Shown one piece after another: positions 36,960 to 47,215 of a stretch of 64,000 nt of DNA. A program made the translations under genes and the position numbers. The notes beneath the pieces were generated by a model. The model had not been told where the DNA came from and ran no database searches. It saw only the letters and a list, made by a program, of their open reading frames with translations. Source of the stretch: an uncultured Desulfobacteraceae bacterium (GTDB taxonomy: Bacteria > Desulfobacterota > DSM-4660 > Desulfatiglandales > Desulfatiglandaceae); contig CAYPDL010000006.1 of the NCBI GenBank assembly GCA_964409475.1, positions 242-64,241 of the forward strand. The letters run 5' to 3'. How positions within the stretch are numbered: position 1 is the stretch's first letter; the number at the start of each line of letters is the position of its first letter.

Positions 36960-38132
36960 TCACGGGGAAAAGGTCGGCCTCATCTCCGGAATAAGTTTTT
37001 TCCGGCACTGCCCCAGAAAATATTCATCCGTCATGCCAGCAATAAAATCGCGTACGATCGCTGCGGACGCTGTTTGCTCTATATATTGTTGAGACATCCC
37101 CGATAGAAAACCCTTGAAGATGTCTGAGTTAAAATTGCTCATTTCAAGGTCCTCGAGATATTTTTGAAACAGCAGTTCAAACATGAGATATATCTTGTCT
37201 GTCTGTGCCTTGACCCTGGGATCCTTATAGATAAATTCTTCATTGAAACGCTTCAATTTCTTCAACGCCGATCCCACATCGCCACTGAAGCTTAAATACG
37301 GCTTATCCAGACTGTTTGCAATAAGATCCTCCACAAGGGTATAGACGATCGTTCCATTGGTGTCTCCCATAACCTGCCGGCAATCGTCCGGGATATCCCG
37401 ACGTTTGATTAAGCCGAGTCTAATGGCATCTTCGATGTCCCGTCCGATATAGCTGATGGTATCGGCCATCCTGACCACGCACCCCTCCAATGTCATGGGC
37501 CGGAGATCGATGGAGGGGTCTTGCGCCTTTTGCCTCATTTCCTCGGTCAGGGTATCAAATGACTTTTCTCTTTTGGGTTCGAGAAGCTGGGAGTGAATCT
37601 CCCCATCGTGACAAAGAATCCCGTCCAGGACCTGCAATGTCAGGTTCCACCCCTTCCCCTTCCTCTCGATCTTCTGCAGGAAGCGGACGCCCTGGATATT
37701 ATGAAGAAATCGGCCGATATGGTGGGATTGACACAGTCTGGAGAGAAATTTCTCCCCATCATGGCCAAACGGCGTGTGCCCGATATCGTGTCCAAGGGCC
37801 ATCGCCTCGATCAGGTCTTCATTCAGACGGAGAAGACGCCCGGCTGTCCTTGCGATTTTGGACACGAGCTGTACGTGAAGGACCCTGTGGGTAATGTGAT
37901 CGTTCTTGATGAGATAAAAGACCTGGGTCTTGTCGATATAACGGGAATAGGCCAACGAATGGAGTATCCGATCAGAATCGACTGAGAAACTCTGTCTGTG
38001 TCCCTGGTCGATGTCAGGATCGTTCCTTTTCCTCACGGCGTCCCGGCTGAGACAGGCCCATGGAGAGAACCTCTCCCCCTCGGCCTCGTCCAGATCTTTT
38101 CTGACGTCAAGGAGTCGGCTGCTGTAGATCAC
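36960..38132 (-). CDS. dgt: dGTP triphosphohydrolase-like HD-domain protein
   Basis: 390-aa ORF with the HD motif LGHDIGHTPFGHDGE. Confidence 0.85.
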   Translation of the reverse strand: MIYSSRLLDVRKDLDEAEGERFSPWACLSRDAVRKRNDPDIDQGHRQSFSVDSDRILHSLAYSRYIDKTQVFYLIKNDHITHRVLHVQLVSKIARTAGRLLRLNEDLIEAMALGHDIGHTPFGHDGEKFLSRLCQSHHIGRFLHNIQGVRFLQKIERKGKGWNLTLQVLDGILCHDGEIHSQLLEPKREKSFDTLTEEMRQKAQDPSIDLRPMTLEGCVVRMADTISYIGRDIEDAIRLGLIKRRDIPDDCRQVMGDTNGTIVYTLVEDLIANSLDKPYLSFSGDVGSALKKLKRFNEEFIYKDPRVKAQTDKIYLMFELLFQKYLEDLEMSNFNSDIFKGFLSGMSQQYIEQTASAAIVRDFIAGMTDEYFLGQCRKKLIPEMRPTFSP

Positions 38133-38380
38133 TTGCCTGGTTCCTCCTTGATCCCGGATTTGGCGTAGACCTTTTTGAACTCGTTCCAGACGTTTTTTCC
38201 CCTCTCTGAAATCACGCCACGGGCCGTGTCAGCGACCCTTCGAGACTGGCTTTCGAGATCATCATCCCCGGGGGGTGAGACGCCCTCCTTTTTGTATTTC
38301 CAGCGCAGTATGGAGCGAGCGATGCGTGCCTCAGCATCTTCGGCCAGCCGTCTGATACTTTTTCTGGTGTTTTCATCCAT
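38129..38380 (-). CDS. small hypothetical protein
   Basis: Overlaps the dgt start by 4 nt. Charged 83-aa product starting MDENTRKSIRRLAEDAEARI. No family recognised. Confidence 0.4.
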   Translation of the reverse strand: MDENTRKSIRRLAEDAEARIARSILRWKYKKEGVSPPGDDDLESQSRRVADTARGVISERGKNVWNEFKKVYAKSGIKEEPGK

Positions 38381-38404
38381 GACAACGCCTCTCAATTATG
38401 TATT

Positions 38405-38425
38405 GACGATTGATGATTGTCGATT
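38405..38425. repeat. heptamer tract gacgatt gatgatt gtcgatt
   Basis: 7-nt period read directly from the sequence. Same GATTG word as 45376-45396 and the reverse complement of 19937-19964. Confidence 0.8.
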
Positions 38426-38985
38426 GAAAACCCTGCAAGCCATCTACGGTTTCCAAATCCCACAGCAGGTTCCCTGTTTCCCCCTGCTACAGGGCAGGCA
38501 AGGTCATGAACCCATGAACCTTTGAAACGCCTTGAACGGTTCCCCATTTTTTTCTTGCAAATCAAAACTGCCGGTGTTATATGTTACGGCTTATGAATTT
38601 TTGAGCCTCATCAGCGAATCCGAGGCTCTTTAGGCCCGGGCGTGTTCATTGGCCGATCCTGACCGGGCGCCTGCACGTATTCACTCTGAAAGTGGCGTTT
38701 TTCAGGTTTTGCGTTCTCCATCAATAACAGAAACAAGCCCCTGTTATTGCCGAACGATGGACCTGGCAACGCTATTAAAAGCCTTTAAACGGGCCCATGG
38801 CCCATGCTGGCGGCTCTTGTCGGAGGATACCAGATCGGGTGGATGATTTCAAGGGTCAATGAACCAAAAAACACAGGTTTGGACTTTTGCCAGGTGCTCT
38901 GCCGCCTTATGGGTATGAGAGTCTCCGAACCGAGGAAAAACCGGCATCGAGATCTGAATCGATCTCACTATCTAAGGAGGATTGA

Positions 38986-39855
38986 ATGGCAGCAATTATC
39001 AACATGAAGCAACTTCTGGAATCAGGTGTCCATTTTGGTCACCAGACAAGGCGCTGGAATCCCAAAATGAAGCCATACATTTTCGGGGCGCGAAACGGGA
39101 TCCACATCATTGACCTTCAGAAAACGGTCAGACTTATTAAAATCGCTTATGATTTCATTGTCAGGACAGTCTCTGAAGGATACCCCGTCCTTTTTGTCGG
39201 AACCAAAAAACAGGCACATGAATCTGTTGTGGAGGAGAGTGAACGTTGCGGCATGTTCTATGTGGTCAACCGATGGCTGGGGGGCACCCTCACCAATTTC
39301 CAGACGATCAAGAAAAGCATCTCTCGCCTTAAAGAACTCGAACGGATGAAAGAAGATGGCTCCATCAACCGCTATACGAAAAAAGAAATCCTCAAGATGA
39401 ACAAGGAGTTGGAAAAACTGGAAAAGAATCTCGGGGGGATCAAAAATATGGATGAACTGCCGGGGGCATTGTTCATTGTCGATCCCAAAAGAGAAAAAAT
39501 TGCCGTCAAAGAGGCCAAAAAACTTGGCATCCCTGTTGTTGCGATCGCCGACTCCAATTGTGATCCGGATGAAATCGATTTCCTTATACCGGGGAATGAC
39601 GATGCCATACGGGCCATCAGGCTCATCTGCTCCAAGATTGCAGACGCCTGCATCGAAGGACACAATCTTGCGGAGCAGCGGTTAAGAGAAGAAGATGCGT
39701 TAAGAAAAGAACAGGAGACCGCTGAAGCTGACGCCGCTGAAACCCCTCGAGTTGCTGAGGGGGAAGAAGGGGGACCTGAAATTATTATCCTTCCAAAAGC
39801 CGACGTTTCTGAAACGCGCGAAGCGACGGACGACCAACACGTCCTGTCTGTGTAA
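38986..39855 (+). CDS. rpsB: 30S ribosomal protein S2
   Basis: 289-aa [25 protein letters not shown], with an acidic C-terminal extension. Confidence 0.95.
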   Translation: MAAIINMKQLLESGVHFGHQTRRWNPKMKPYIFGARNGIHIIDLQKTVRLIKIAYDFIVRTVSEGYPVLFVGTKKQAHESVVEESERCGMFYVVNRWLGGTLTNFQTIKKSISRLKELERMKEDGSINRYTKKEILKMNKELEKLEKNLGGIKNMDELPGALFIVDPKREKIAVKEAKKLGIPVVAIADSNCDPDEIDFLIPGNDDAIRAIRLICSKIADACIEGHNLAEQRLREEDALRKEQETAEADAAETPRVAEGEEGGPEIIILPKADVSETREATDDQHVLSV

Positions 39856-39922
39856 GGATGAGCGGGCCTATTGACCATCGCGCATCAAAGAATACAAAAC
39901 ATCCATCAAGTGGGGGTATAAA

Positions 39923-40525
39923 TTGACGATATCGACTTCAACGATCAAAGAGCTGAGAGAAAAAACCGGCGTTGGAATAATGGATTGCAAGACAGCACTT
40001 TCGGAATGTAATGGGGATATTGACAAGGCCATCGATTATCTGAGAAAAAAGGGTATCGCAACGGCCAAAAAGCGAGGGGGACGGGTCACCTCCCAGGGTC
40101 AGGTGCAGTCCTATATCCATGCAGGGGGAAAAATCGGGGTCCTGGTGGAGGCGAATTGTGAAACAGACTTCACGGGCAAGACGGAAGATTTCACAGACTT
40201 CGTAAAGGACATCGCAATTCAGGTTGCCGCGACCAGCCCGGTCGCTATCGATCGCGAAAGCGTACCTGCCGATCTTCTGGAAAGGGAGAAAGAAATTTAT
40301 GCATCCCAGGCCAAGGCATCGGGAAAACCTGAAAAAGTCTTAGACAAAATCGTGGAAGGGAAACTTACCAAGTTTTATTCCGAGGCATGCCTCCTGGAAC
40401 AGCCTTTTGTAAAGAACCCTGACATCACGGTTCAGGACCTGTTAAACGGATTGATCGCCAAGACAGGAGAAAACATCGTCATCAGACGGTTTGTCCGATT
40501 TCAGTTAGGTGAATCCGAGGGTTGA
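39923..40525 (+). CDS. tsf: translation elongation factor Ts
   Basis: 200-aa ORF (TTG start) with IKELREKTGVGIMDCKTAL, the UBA-like N-domain. Confidence 0.92.
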   Translation: MTISTSTIKELREKTGVGIMDCKTALSECNGDIDKAIDYLRKKGIATAKKRGGRVTSQGQVQSYIHAGGKIGVLVEANCETDFTGKTEDFTDFVKDIAIQVAATSPVAIDRESVPADLLEREKEIYASQAKASGKPEKVLDKIVEGKLTKFYSEACLLEQPFVKNPDITVQDLLNGLIAKTGENIVIRRFVRFQLGESEG

Positions 40526-40727
40526 TCGTTTCCGTGTCGAGCCATGCCCGCCCGTTAGCGTCGCCTTTTTTGATGTTACCGGGGCTCAATTTCTGAATTC
40601 GCACCGCCGGTCTACCCGGGTTGCACAGGTATCCATGCAAAGCCACCCCAACGAAACAATAGAAAAGGGTTTCACGGGGAAGGAAGAGCCACGCATTAAA
40701 AGTCCAGCAAAAGTTTTTTCAAGAAAA

Positions 40728-40759
40728 TCTCCATGTCTCTGTGTCTCCGTGTGAGACCT
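40728..40759. repeat. octamer tract tctccatg tctctgtg tctccgtg tgagacct
   Basis: 8-nt period resembling the 1902-1933 tract. It generates the spurious N-terminal extension of ORF 40733. Confidence 0.8.
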
Positions 40760-40795
40760 TTTTCGTTCCGGCTTGTCCGGATAAGGAGCAGTGCC

Positions 40796-41353
40796 ATGAA
40801 GGACGAAATCCTTTCCGAAATGCGTCAGAAAATGAACAAGACTGCGGAGGCCCTTGAAAGGGATTTCAGAAGAATCCGGACAGGGCGGGCCTCTACCGCC
40901 CTTTTAGAAGGGATCAAGGTCGACTGCTATGACACTCAGATGCCCTTGGAACAGGTGGCATCCATCGCTGTCCCGGAGAGCCGGCTTATCAGCATTCAAC
41001 CCTGGGACCTGTCCATTATCGGAGATATCGAAAAGGCCATCCTGAAATCCGAGCTGGGGCTCACCCCTGCAAATGACGGCAAGATCATCCGGATCTCGAT
41101 CCCGCCGCTGACTGAGGAAAGAAGAAAGGAGTTGGCAAGACTGGCAAAGAAGATGGCCGAGGAGAACCGTATCTCGATACGTAATCTCAGACGGGAAGCC
41201 AACGAAATGTTTAAGGAACTGAAAACCGAAAAAGAAATTTCGGAAGATGAGTTCTTCAAGTCTCAGGACGACGTACAGAAGATAACAGACGAGTTCATTA
41301 AAAAAATCGATGAGATAACCTCCCGCAAGGAAAAGGAGATCATAGAATTCTGA
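40796..41353 (+). CDS. frr: ribosome recycling factor
   Basis: Start at MKDEILSEMRQKMNKT (aaggag 8 nt upstream). 185 aa, with the typical RTGRAS..LEGIKVDCYD. Confidence 0.93.
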   Translation: MKDEILSEMRQKMNKTAEALERDFRRIRTGRASTALLEGIKVDCYDTQMPLEQVASIAVPESRLISIQPWDLSIIGDIEKAILKSELGLTPANDGKIIRISIPPLTEERRKELARLAKKMAEENRISIRNLRREANEMFKELKTEKEISEDEFFKSQDDVQKITDEFIKKIDEITSRKEKEIIEF

Positions 41354-41411
41354 TCTTCCGCCTCTCTCTTCTTTACACAATGTCCTGACCGGCGCTTTTA
41401 GACGAAACACC

Positions 41412-42146
41412 ATGACATCCATTGATTCCAGACGATTGCCTGATCATGTAGCCATTATTATGGACGGCAATGGCCGGTGGGCCAAAAAGAAAGGTCTCAG
41501 CCGCATCCTGGGACACCAGCAGGGCGCCGACGCTGTCAGAGAAATCGTGACGCTGAGCCGTGAAATAGGGATCCGCTGGCTCACCCTCTATGCCTTTTCC
41601 GAAGAAAACTGGAAGAGACCTGCACACGAAGTCCAGGCGCTCATGAGACTCCTCAACCGATTCCTAAAGAACGAACTGGGAGAGATGCAGAAAAACGGAA
41701 TCAGGCTCAAAACCATCGGCAGGACCTCAAGGCTTCCGAAACGCACCAGAGATATCCTTCTAGACACCATGGAAAAGACCTCCTCCAACAGCCGGATGAC
41801 CTTGACCTTGGCCCTCAGCTACGGGGGGAGGCAGGAGATCCTGGATGCCATCCTGAAGATTGTAGCGCGGGTGCAACAGGGTGAAATGGCTGCGGATGAG
41901 GTAACCGAGCAGGTGGTCTCGGATGCCCTCTATACATCAGGGATGCCGGACCCTGATCTGCTGATCCGGACCAGCGGTGAATACCGAATCAGCAACTTTC
42001 TTCTGTGGCAGATTTCATACAGCGAGATTTTTATCACCCCTACCCTGTGGCCCGATTTCGGCAAGAACGAGTACCTGGCTGCGATCCGGGACTATCAGAA
42101 GCGGGACAGGCGGTTCGGGGGCATAGGTACGGGGGGCAGAAGTTAA
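41412..42146 (+). CDS. uppS: isoprenyl transferase (undecaprenyl diphosphate synthase)
   Basis: 244-aa ORF with HVAIIMDGNGRWA and FLLWQISYSE. Confidence 0.92.
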   Translation: MTSIDSRRLPDHVAIIMDGNGRWAKKKGLSRILGHQQGADAVREIVTLSREIGIRWLTLYAFSEENWKRPAHEVQALMRLLNRFLKNELGEMQKNGIRLKTIGRTSRLPKRTRDILLDTMEKTSSNSRMTLTLALSYGGRQEILDAILKIVARVQQGEMAADEVTEQVVSDALYTSGMPDPDLLIRTSGEYRISNFLLWQISYSEIFITPTLWPDFGKNEYLAAIRDYQKRDRRFGGIGTGGRS

Positions 42147-42192
42147 GAAGCCAAAGGAGGCTCCGGGTTAAGAGCAACACCGGTGAAGGACT

Positions 42193-42996
42193 ATGCATCT
42201 GAAAAGATGGCTGACAGCCATAATCGCCGTACCCATCCTGATCTTTCTGATAGGCCCCGGACCCAGATGGTTGTTCTATTCGGTCATCTGTGCCGCCTCC
42301 CTGGCAGGTCTTATGGAATATTATGCTGTGACCTCTGCACGCCTCCCAAAACCTGTCCTATGGCTCACCGGTCTTTTGACGTTTCTCCTGTTCGCTGCCA
42401 TATACCTTCGCCAGATCATGTTTGTGCCGGCCATTATTCTGTTATGGGCACTCGTACCGATGACATCGTTCATGGTAGCGGGTCCCCAAAGACTCGCGGC
42501 TGATGATCTTGGCAAGGCCCTGTTCGGCCCCGTTTATGCGGCGCTCCCGCTTGCGCTGCTCATACTCATCGACATGCGGCCGAAGGGACCGATCTGGATA
42601 TTTTTCCTGCTGATCGTTGTCTTTGCCGGCGATACGGGCGCCTTCTATTTCGGCAGACTCCTGGGAAGGCATAAACTGTATGAAGCCGTCAGCCCGAACA
42701 AGACCTGGGAGGGGGCCATTGGCGGGCTGGTCGCCAGCATCATGGCCGCATCCCTCTTCTTTCGTCTGATCGGTCCCTGCACCCTTGATCTGAAGGTGCT
42801 GATCCTTGTGGTGATCCTGTCCATAGCAGGCCAGGTCGGCGATCTGTGCGAATCGATGTTGAAGCGAAACCATGGCGTAAAGGACTCAGGTCGTCTTCTC
42901 CCCGGACACGGGGGCATACTCGACAGAATAGACGGCCTTCTCTTTGCCATCCCCGTTCTTTATGTCTATCTTTGTCTTGACCTTGGGTTGCCATAG
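42193..42996 (+). CDS. cdsA: phosphatidate cytidylyltransferase
   Basis: 267-aa polytopic ORF with the CDS signature SMLKRNHGVKDSGRLLPGHGGILDRID. Confidence 0.9.
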   Translation: MHLKRWLTAIIAVPILIFLIGPGPRWLFYSVICAASLAGLMEYYAVTSARLPKPVLWLTGLLTFLLFAAIYLRQIMFVPAIILLWALVPMTSFMVAGPQRLAADDLGKALFGPVYAALPLALLILIDMRPKGPIWIFFLLIVVFAGDTGAFYFGRLLGRHKLYEAVSPNKTWEGAIGGLVASIMAASLFFRLIGPCTLDLKVLILVVILSIAGQVGDLCESMLKRNHGVKDSGRLLPGHGGILDRIDGLLFAIPVLYVYLCLDLGLP

Positions 42997-43052
42997 TTGA
43001 AGATGAATAAACATCACCGTTACTCACGATTCATTTTGACTGGAGCATAGGT

Positions 43053-44207
43053 ATGAAGAATATCTCCCTCTTAGGCGCCACCGGGTCCATCGGCGTCTGC
43101 GTCCTTGAGGTAGCCAGGACCCACCCCGAGGAATACAAAATCGTGGCCCTTTCAGCCGGCAGGAACGGGGATCTCCTCTTGGCCCAGATAGAAGCCTTCC
43201 GTCCCGCAGCCGTGGCTGTATTAAACGAATCCGTCGCGGCCGAGGTACGCTCCCGCCTGCCTGCGGGGAACGCTCCCGAGGTCTTCTTCGGCGTCGAGGG
43301 GTTCGTGCGCCTGGCAACCCTTGAAGGCGTGGATACCGTCGTCTCCGCCATGACCGGTGCAGCGGGCCTGGTACCTACCTATGAGGCCATCAAGGCCGGG
43401 AAGAATATCGGCCTTGCCAACAAGGAAACCATGGTCATGGCCGGGCCCCTGGTAATGGCGGAAGCGCGAAAGAGGGGCGTAACCATCCTGCCAATCGACA
43501 GTGAACACAGCGCAATCCTTCAATCCCTTCAAGGGCACCTGAGAGAAGATCTGAAACGGGTGATCCTGACCGCCTCAGGAGGACCGTTCAGGGACCTTTC
43601 CGTTGAGGAAATGCGCCATGTTACGGCCGCCCAGGCCCTCAAGCACCCCAACTGGCACATGGGCCCCAAGATCACCATTGATTCAGCGACCATGATGAAT
43701 AAGGGTCTCGAGGTCATCGAGGCCAAATGGTTGTTCGATCTGGAAATAGATCAGATAGATATCCTGATACATCCCCAGAGCATCGTGCACTCCATGGTGG
43801 AATACAGGGACGGCTCTTTTATCGGCCAAATGGGGATTCCCGATATGACCATTCCGATTTCCTATGCGTTGTCCTATCCACGACATCTCGGCAATGGTCT
43901 TCCGCCACTGGATCTGGAAATGATCGGGGACCTCAGTTTCAGGAAACCGGACATGAAACGATTCAGATGCCTGGAACTGGCCTTGAGGGCCGCGACAACA
44001 GGGGGAAGCATGCCTGCCGTCTTAAACGGCGCCAATGAAATTGCCGTTGACGCCTTCCTGGAGGGAACGATCGGTTTCCTGGAAATCCCGGATTTGATAG
44101 AAAAGACCATGGACGCCCACACCCATTCTTCTGTCGAAACCATTGAAGCGGTTATGTCTGCCGACAAGTGGGCAAGGGACACGGCCAGGGGGCAGCTGAG
44201 CAGTTGA
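43053..44207 (+). CDS. dxr: 1-deoxy-D-xylulose 5-phosphate reductoisomerase
   Basis: 384-aa ORF with LLGATGSIG, LANKE and PIDSEHSA. Confidence 0.94.
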   Translation: MKNISLLGATGSIGVCVLEVARTHPEEYKIVALSAGRNGDLLLAQIEAFRPAAVAVLNESVAAEVRSRLPAGNAPEVFFGVEGFVRLATLEGVDTVVSAMTGAAGLVPTYEAIKAGKNIGLANKETMVMAGPLVMAEARKRGVTILPIDSEHSAILQSLQGHLREDLKRVILTASGGPFRDLSVEEMRHVTAAQALKHPNWHMGPKITIDSATMMNKGLEVIEAKWLFDLEIDQIDILIHPQSIVHSMVEYRDGSFIGQMGIPDMTIPISYALSYPRHLGNGLPPLDLEMIGDLSFRKPDMKRFRCLELALRAATTGGSMPAVLNGANEIAVDAFLEGTIGFLEIPDLIEKTMDAHTHSSVETIEAVMSADKWARDTARGQLSS

Positions 44208-44261
44208 TTTGTCAAATCCCGCCTAAGGCGGGATTGAGTAGGTTAAGTCTGGAGAACTCCC

Positions 44262-45362
44262 ATGCACTTAGATCAATCCATACACTTTTTTCTATACTAC
44301 ATACTCCCTTTTCTCGTGGTCCTTGGCGTCTTGATATTTTTCCACGAGTTGGGTCATTTTCTGGCTGCCAAATATTTCGGTGTAAAGGTCCTGAAATTCT
44401 CCTTGGGTTTCGGCCCGAAACTGGTAGGCAAACAGGTAGGAGAAACAGAGTATCTTATCTCCGCTCTTCCCTTGGGCGGCTATGTGAAGATGTTGGGAGA
44501 AAGCCCCGATGAAGAGGACGAACCCCTCTCACCTGAAGACGAAGAAAAATCCTTCAGCAACAAACACGTGGCCAAACGGATCGGTATCGTAGCCGCAGGT
44601 CCCATATTCAACCTGCTTCTGGCCCTGGTCATCTTCTGCGGTTTCTATATGGTGGCAGGAGTCCATGTCATGACCCCGGAAATCGGGCAGGTAAGAGAAG
44701 ATTCGCCAGCCAGCAAGGGGGGTTTGCTGAAAGGGGACATCATCGTGACCGTGGACGGCCAGACCACAGAAAACTGGCCTCAGATCAAAGAAATCATACA
44801 GGGAAATACAGGGCAACCCGTTGATGTGAAGGTAAAAAGAGGGGATGGATATGTTACGCTCACGGTGGTGCCGGAAATCTCGGTGACCCAAAACATCTTT
44901 GGCGAGGAGATCCGATCGCCCCTGATCGGGATCGTCGCGGCCGGTACATTCGAAAAGGTGAACCTTGGGCCTGTGGGCGCCATCGCGGAAGGGTTCCGAA
45001 AGACCTGGGAAATCATTGAGCTGACCTGTTTGACCGTTATAAAGCTTATCCAGAGAGTCATTCCGATGGAGACCGTTGGGGGACCGATCCTTATCGGCCA
45101 GATGACCGGCCAACTGGCCCAGGAAAGCTGGATCCATCTGATCCCTTTCACGGCCGTTATCAGCATCAACCTGGGCATCTTGAATCTCCTTCCGGTGCCG
45201 GTCCTGGATGGCGGGTTCATTGTTCTGCTCCTGATAGAGCTGATCATGGGAAAGCCGATCCATATCAAGAAGCGTGAGCTTCTCCAGAAAATGGGGATCT
45301 TTCTCCTGGTGCTGCTGATGGTGTTCGTCGTCTATAACGACATCAAACGGCTCATAGGATAA
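44262..45362 (+). CDS. rseP: RIP site-2 metalloprotease RseP
   Basis: 366-aa ORF with HELGH, a PDZ domain and NLLPVPVLDGG. Confidence 0.9.
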   Translation: MHLDQSIHFFLYYILPFLVVLGVLIFFHELGHFLAAKYFGVKVLKFSLGFGPKLVGKQVGETEYLISALPLGGYVKMLGESPDEEDEPLSPEDEEKSFSNKHVAKRIGIVAAGPIFNLLLALVIFCGFYMVAGVHVMTPEIGQVREDSPASKGGLLKGDIIVTVDGQTTENWPQIKEIIQGNTGQPVDVKVKRGDGYVTLTVVPEISVTQNIFGEEIRSPLIGIVAAGTFEKVNLGPVGAIAEGFRKTWEIIELTCLTVIKLIQRVIPMETVGGPILIGQMTGQLAQESWIHLIPFTAVISINLGILNLLPVPVLDGGFIVLLLIELIMGKPIHIKKRELLQKMGIFLLVLLMVFVVYNDIKRLIG

Positions 45363-45375
45363 ACCATGTGTCATT

Positions 45376-45490
45376 GATGATTGTTGATTGCTGATTGGAA
45401 AGATTAAACAAATGACGACCCATGACCCCGTAATTTTTGGCGCCCAACCTGCAACTCGCAACTTTTAACTCGTAACTCCCAACTCGTAAC
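45376..45490. repeat. two heptamer tracts in the rseP/tsaB spacer
   Basis: gatgatt gttgatt gctgatt (45376-45396) and aactcgc aactttt aactcgt aactccc aactcgt aac (45453-45490). Confidence 0.9.
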
Positions 45491-45503
45491 GTGTCACTCT
45501 CAT

Positions 45504-46202
45504 ATGATCTTGGCCATCAACACGTCTACCGTCCAATTCTCCCTTGCCCTTCTCTCTGAAAGCGGCGGCCTCGTAGCAGAGCACCTGATGTCTGAGGGAA
45601 AGGGACATTTCGGGAGCCTGATGCCGACCCTTCACTTTCTGCTTAATTCCTCAGAACGGGAGATCCGTGAGGTAAAATGCATTTCAGTTGCAACCGGCCC
45701 GGGAAGCTTTACCGGTCTAAGGATAGGACTCTCTCTTTCAAAAGGATTGTGCCAGGCCCTTCGGGTCCCCATTGTCGGCATATCGACCCTTGAGGCCATG
45801 GCGGTTCAAGCCCCATGTGCGGGTCTGCCCGTAGTCCCCATTCTCCATTCGAGGAAAGGCGAGGTCTTTACTGCCCGATTTATCTGGGAAAATGAAAGAG
45901 GCCTCAAAAGGACAGGCGAAGATACCTGGGTCCGATTTGATGATGCCCCTCTCCTGTTCCAGGAGCCGTCCCTGTTTGTAGGGAACGATTACCCGACCCA
46001 GGGGACACGGCTGAAGGATCTCCTGGGAGAGCGCGCCCTGCTGGCGCCGCTTCACTGCTGGTCTCTGAGGGCCTCTGCCGTCGGATCACTGGCGCTTGAG
46101 AGATTCCTTCAGGGTGACCTGGATGATCCCTGTGCCCTCAACCCGGTCTATCTCCGTCCCCCCGATATCCGACCCAATCCAAGTTTGAAGTTACGAGTTT
46201 GA
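45504..46202 (+). CDS. tsaB: tRNA t6A biosynthesis protein TsaB
   Basis: 232-aa ORF with ILAINTST and ATGPGSFTGLRIG. The last 7 codons are encoded by the heptamer repeat. Confidence 0.82.
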   Translation: MILAINTSTVQFSLALLSESGGLVAEHLMSEGKGHFGSLMPTLHFLLNSSEREIREVKCISVATGPGSFTGLRIGLSLSKGLCQALRVPIVGISTLEAMAVQAPCAGLPVVPILHSRKGEVFTARFIWENERGLKRTGEDTWVRFDDAPLLFQEPSLFVGNDYPTQGTRLKDLLGERALLAPLHCWSLRASAVGSLALERFLQGDLDDPCALNPVYLRPPDIRPNPSLKLRV

Positions 46203-46252
46203 AGTGCCGAAGTTAAGAAAAAAATTCCGACTTAAACTTTTTAACTCCACAC
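46180..46252. repeat. about 75-nt composite repeat (copy B, inverted relative to 11512-11587)
   Basis: Its reverse complement, gtgtggagttaaaaagtttaagtcggaatttttttcttaacttcggcacttcaaactcgtaacttcaaacttg, aligns to 11512-11587 with small indels. The block caaactcgtaacttcaaacttg is identical. Confidence 0.85.
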
Positions 46253-46409
46253 TTTGTTGCCCTGCCGAAGGGGATTGACAAAGAGGCTCAAAATGATGTA
46301 AAGTCTCGAACCGTCAGCCGGTTGATTCGCTTTGCCGAGAAAGCTCATGCACCATCCGCCTGAAACGCCGAATCCCGGGCAAGAAAGGTAAAGGTCCTTA
46401 AGTTGTAAA

Positions 46410-47072
46410 TTGGATAATTCACGCATTAACAACACATGGCCGGTGGCTAAGGAAGGGGTCCCCTTTATTGTTGTCAGTAGCGGACTGACTATCCTCCTTG
46501 CCTGTCTCGGCCACTTTTTTGTCTCTATGCTCCTTGGGGTCGTTGCTCTTTTCATCATCTTCTTTTTCAGGGACCCTGAACGCAGACACGACCCTGGTGA
46601 GGAGGGGGCCGTCCTCACGCCTGCTGACGGCACGATCCTGGAGGTGATCCATCTCAACGGGAAGGACAACCCCATCGGCCGGTCAGCGGTCAAGGTGAGC
46701 ATCTTCATGTCGATCTTTAATGTCCATGTCAACCGGGTCCCCATCGGCGGAATCATTGAGGCGATCGTCTATCACCCCGGAAAATTCTTTTCCGCAAACC
46801 TGGACAAGGCCTCAAACGAAAACGAAAGCAACGTGATCACCTTGAAGACCGGGCATGCTGAAAGAATTGCCTTTGTGCAGATTGCGGGTCTTATTGCAAG
46901 GCGAATCGCATGCTGGATCGAAAAGGGAGATCATGTAACCAGGGGACAGCGATTCGGACTTATCAGATTTGGTTCCCGCTTGGAAGTATATCTTCCCGGC
47001 GAGAGCAGAATCGCTGTTCAGGTCCGGCAGAAGGTCAAAGCAGGCATAACCGCTATCGGGTATCTGCCATGA
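46410..47072 (+). CDS. psd: phosphatidylserine decarboxylase proenzyme (short form)
   Basis: 220-aa ORF (TTG start, uncertain) with FFRDPER, FMSIFNVHVNR and a FGSR processing site. Confidence 0.82.
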   Translation: MDNSRINNTWPVAKEGVPFIVVSSGLTILLACLGHFFVSMLLGVVALFIIFFFRDPERRHDPGEEGAVLTPADGTILEVIHLNGKDNPIGRSAVKVSIFMSIFNVHVNRVPIGGIIEAIVYHPGKFFSANLDKASNENESNVITLKTGHAERIAFVQIAGLIARRIACWIEKGDHVTRGQRFGLIRFGSRLEVYLPGESRIAVQVRQKVKAGITAIGYLP

Positions 47073-47215
47073 CGTCGACGCGAAAGAATCGATCCAAGTG
47101 GAGCGGGAAAATTGGTACGAAATATGACTCCTTGCCAGATCGGATCCCATCCGGAGATATCGGGGCTTGGCCGGCCCTCTTCTGTCAGAGACGGTTGTGA
47201 TTGAAAAGGAGTAGT

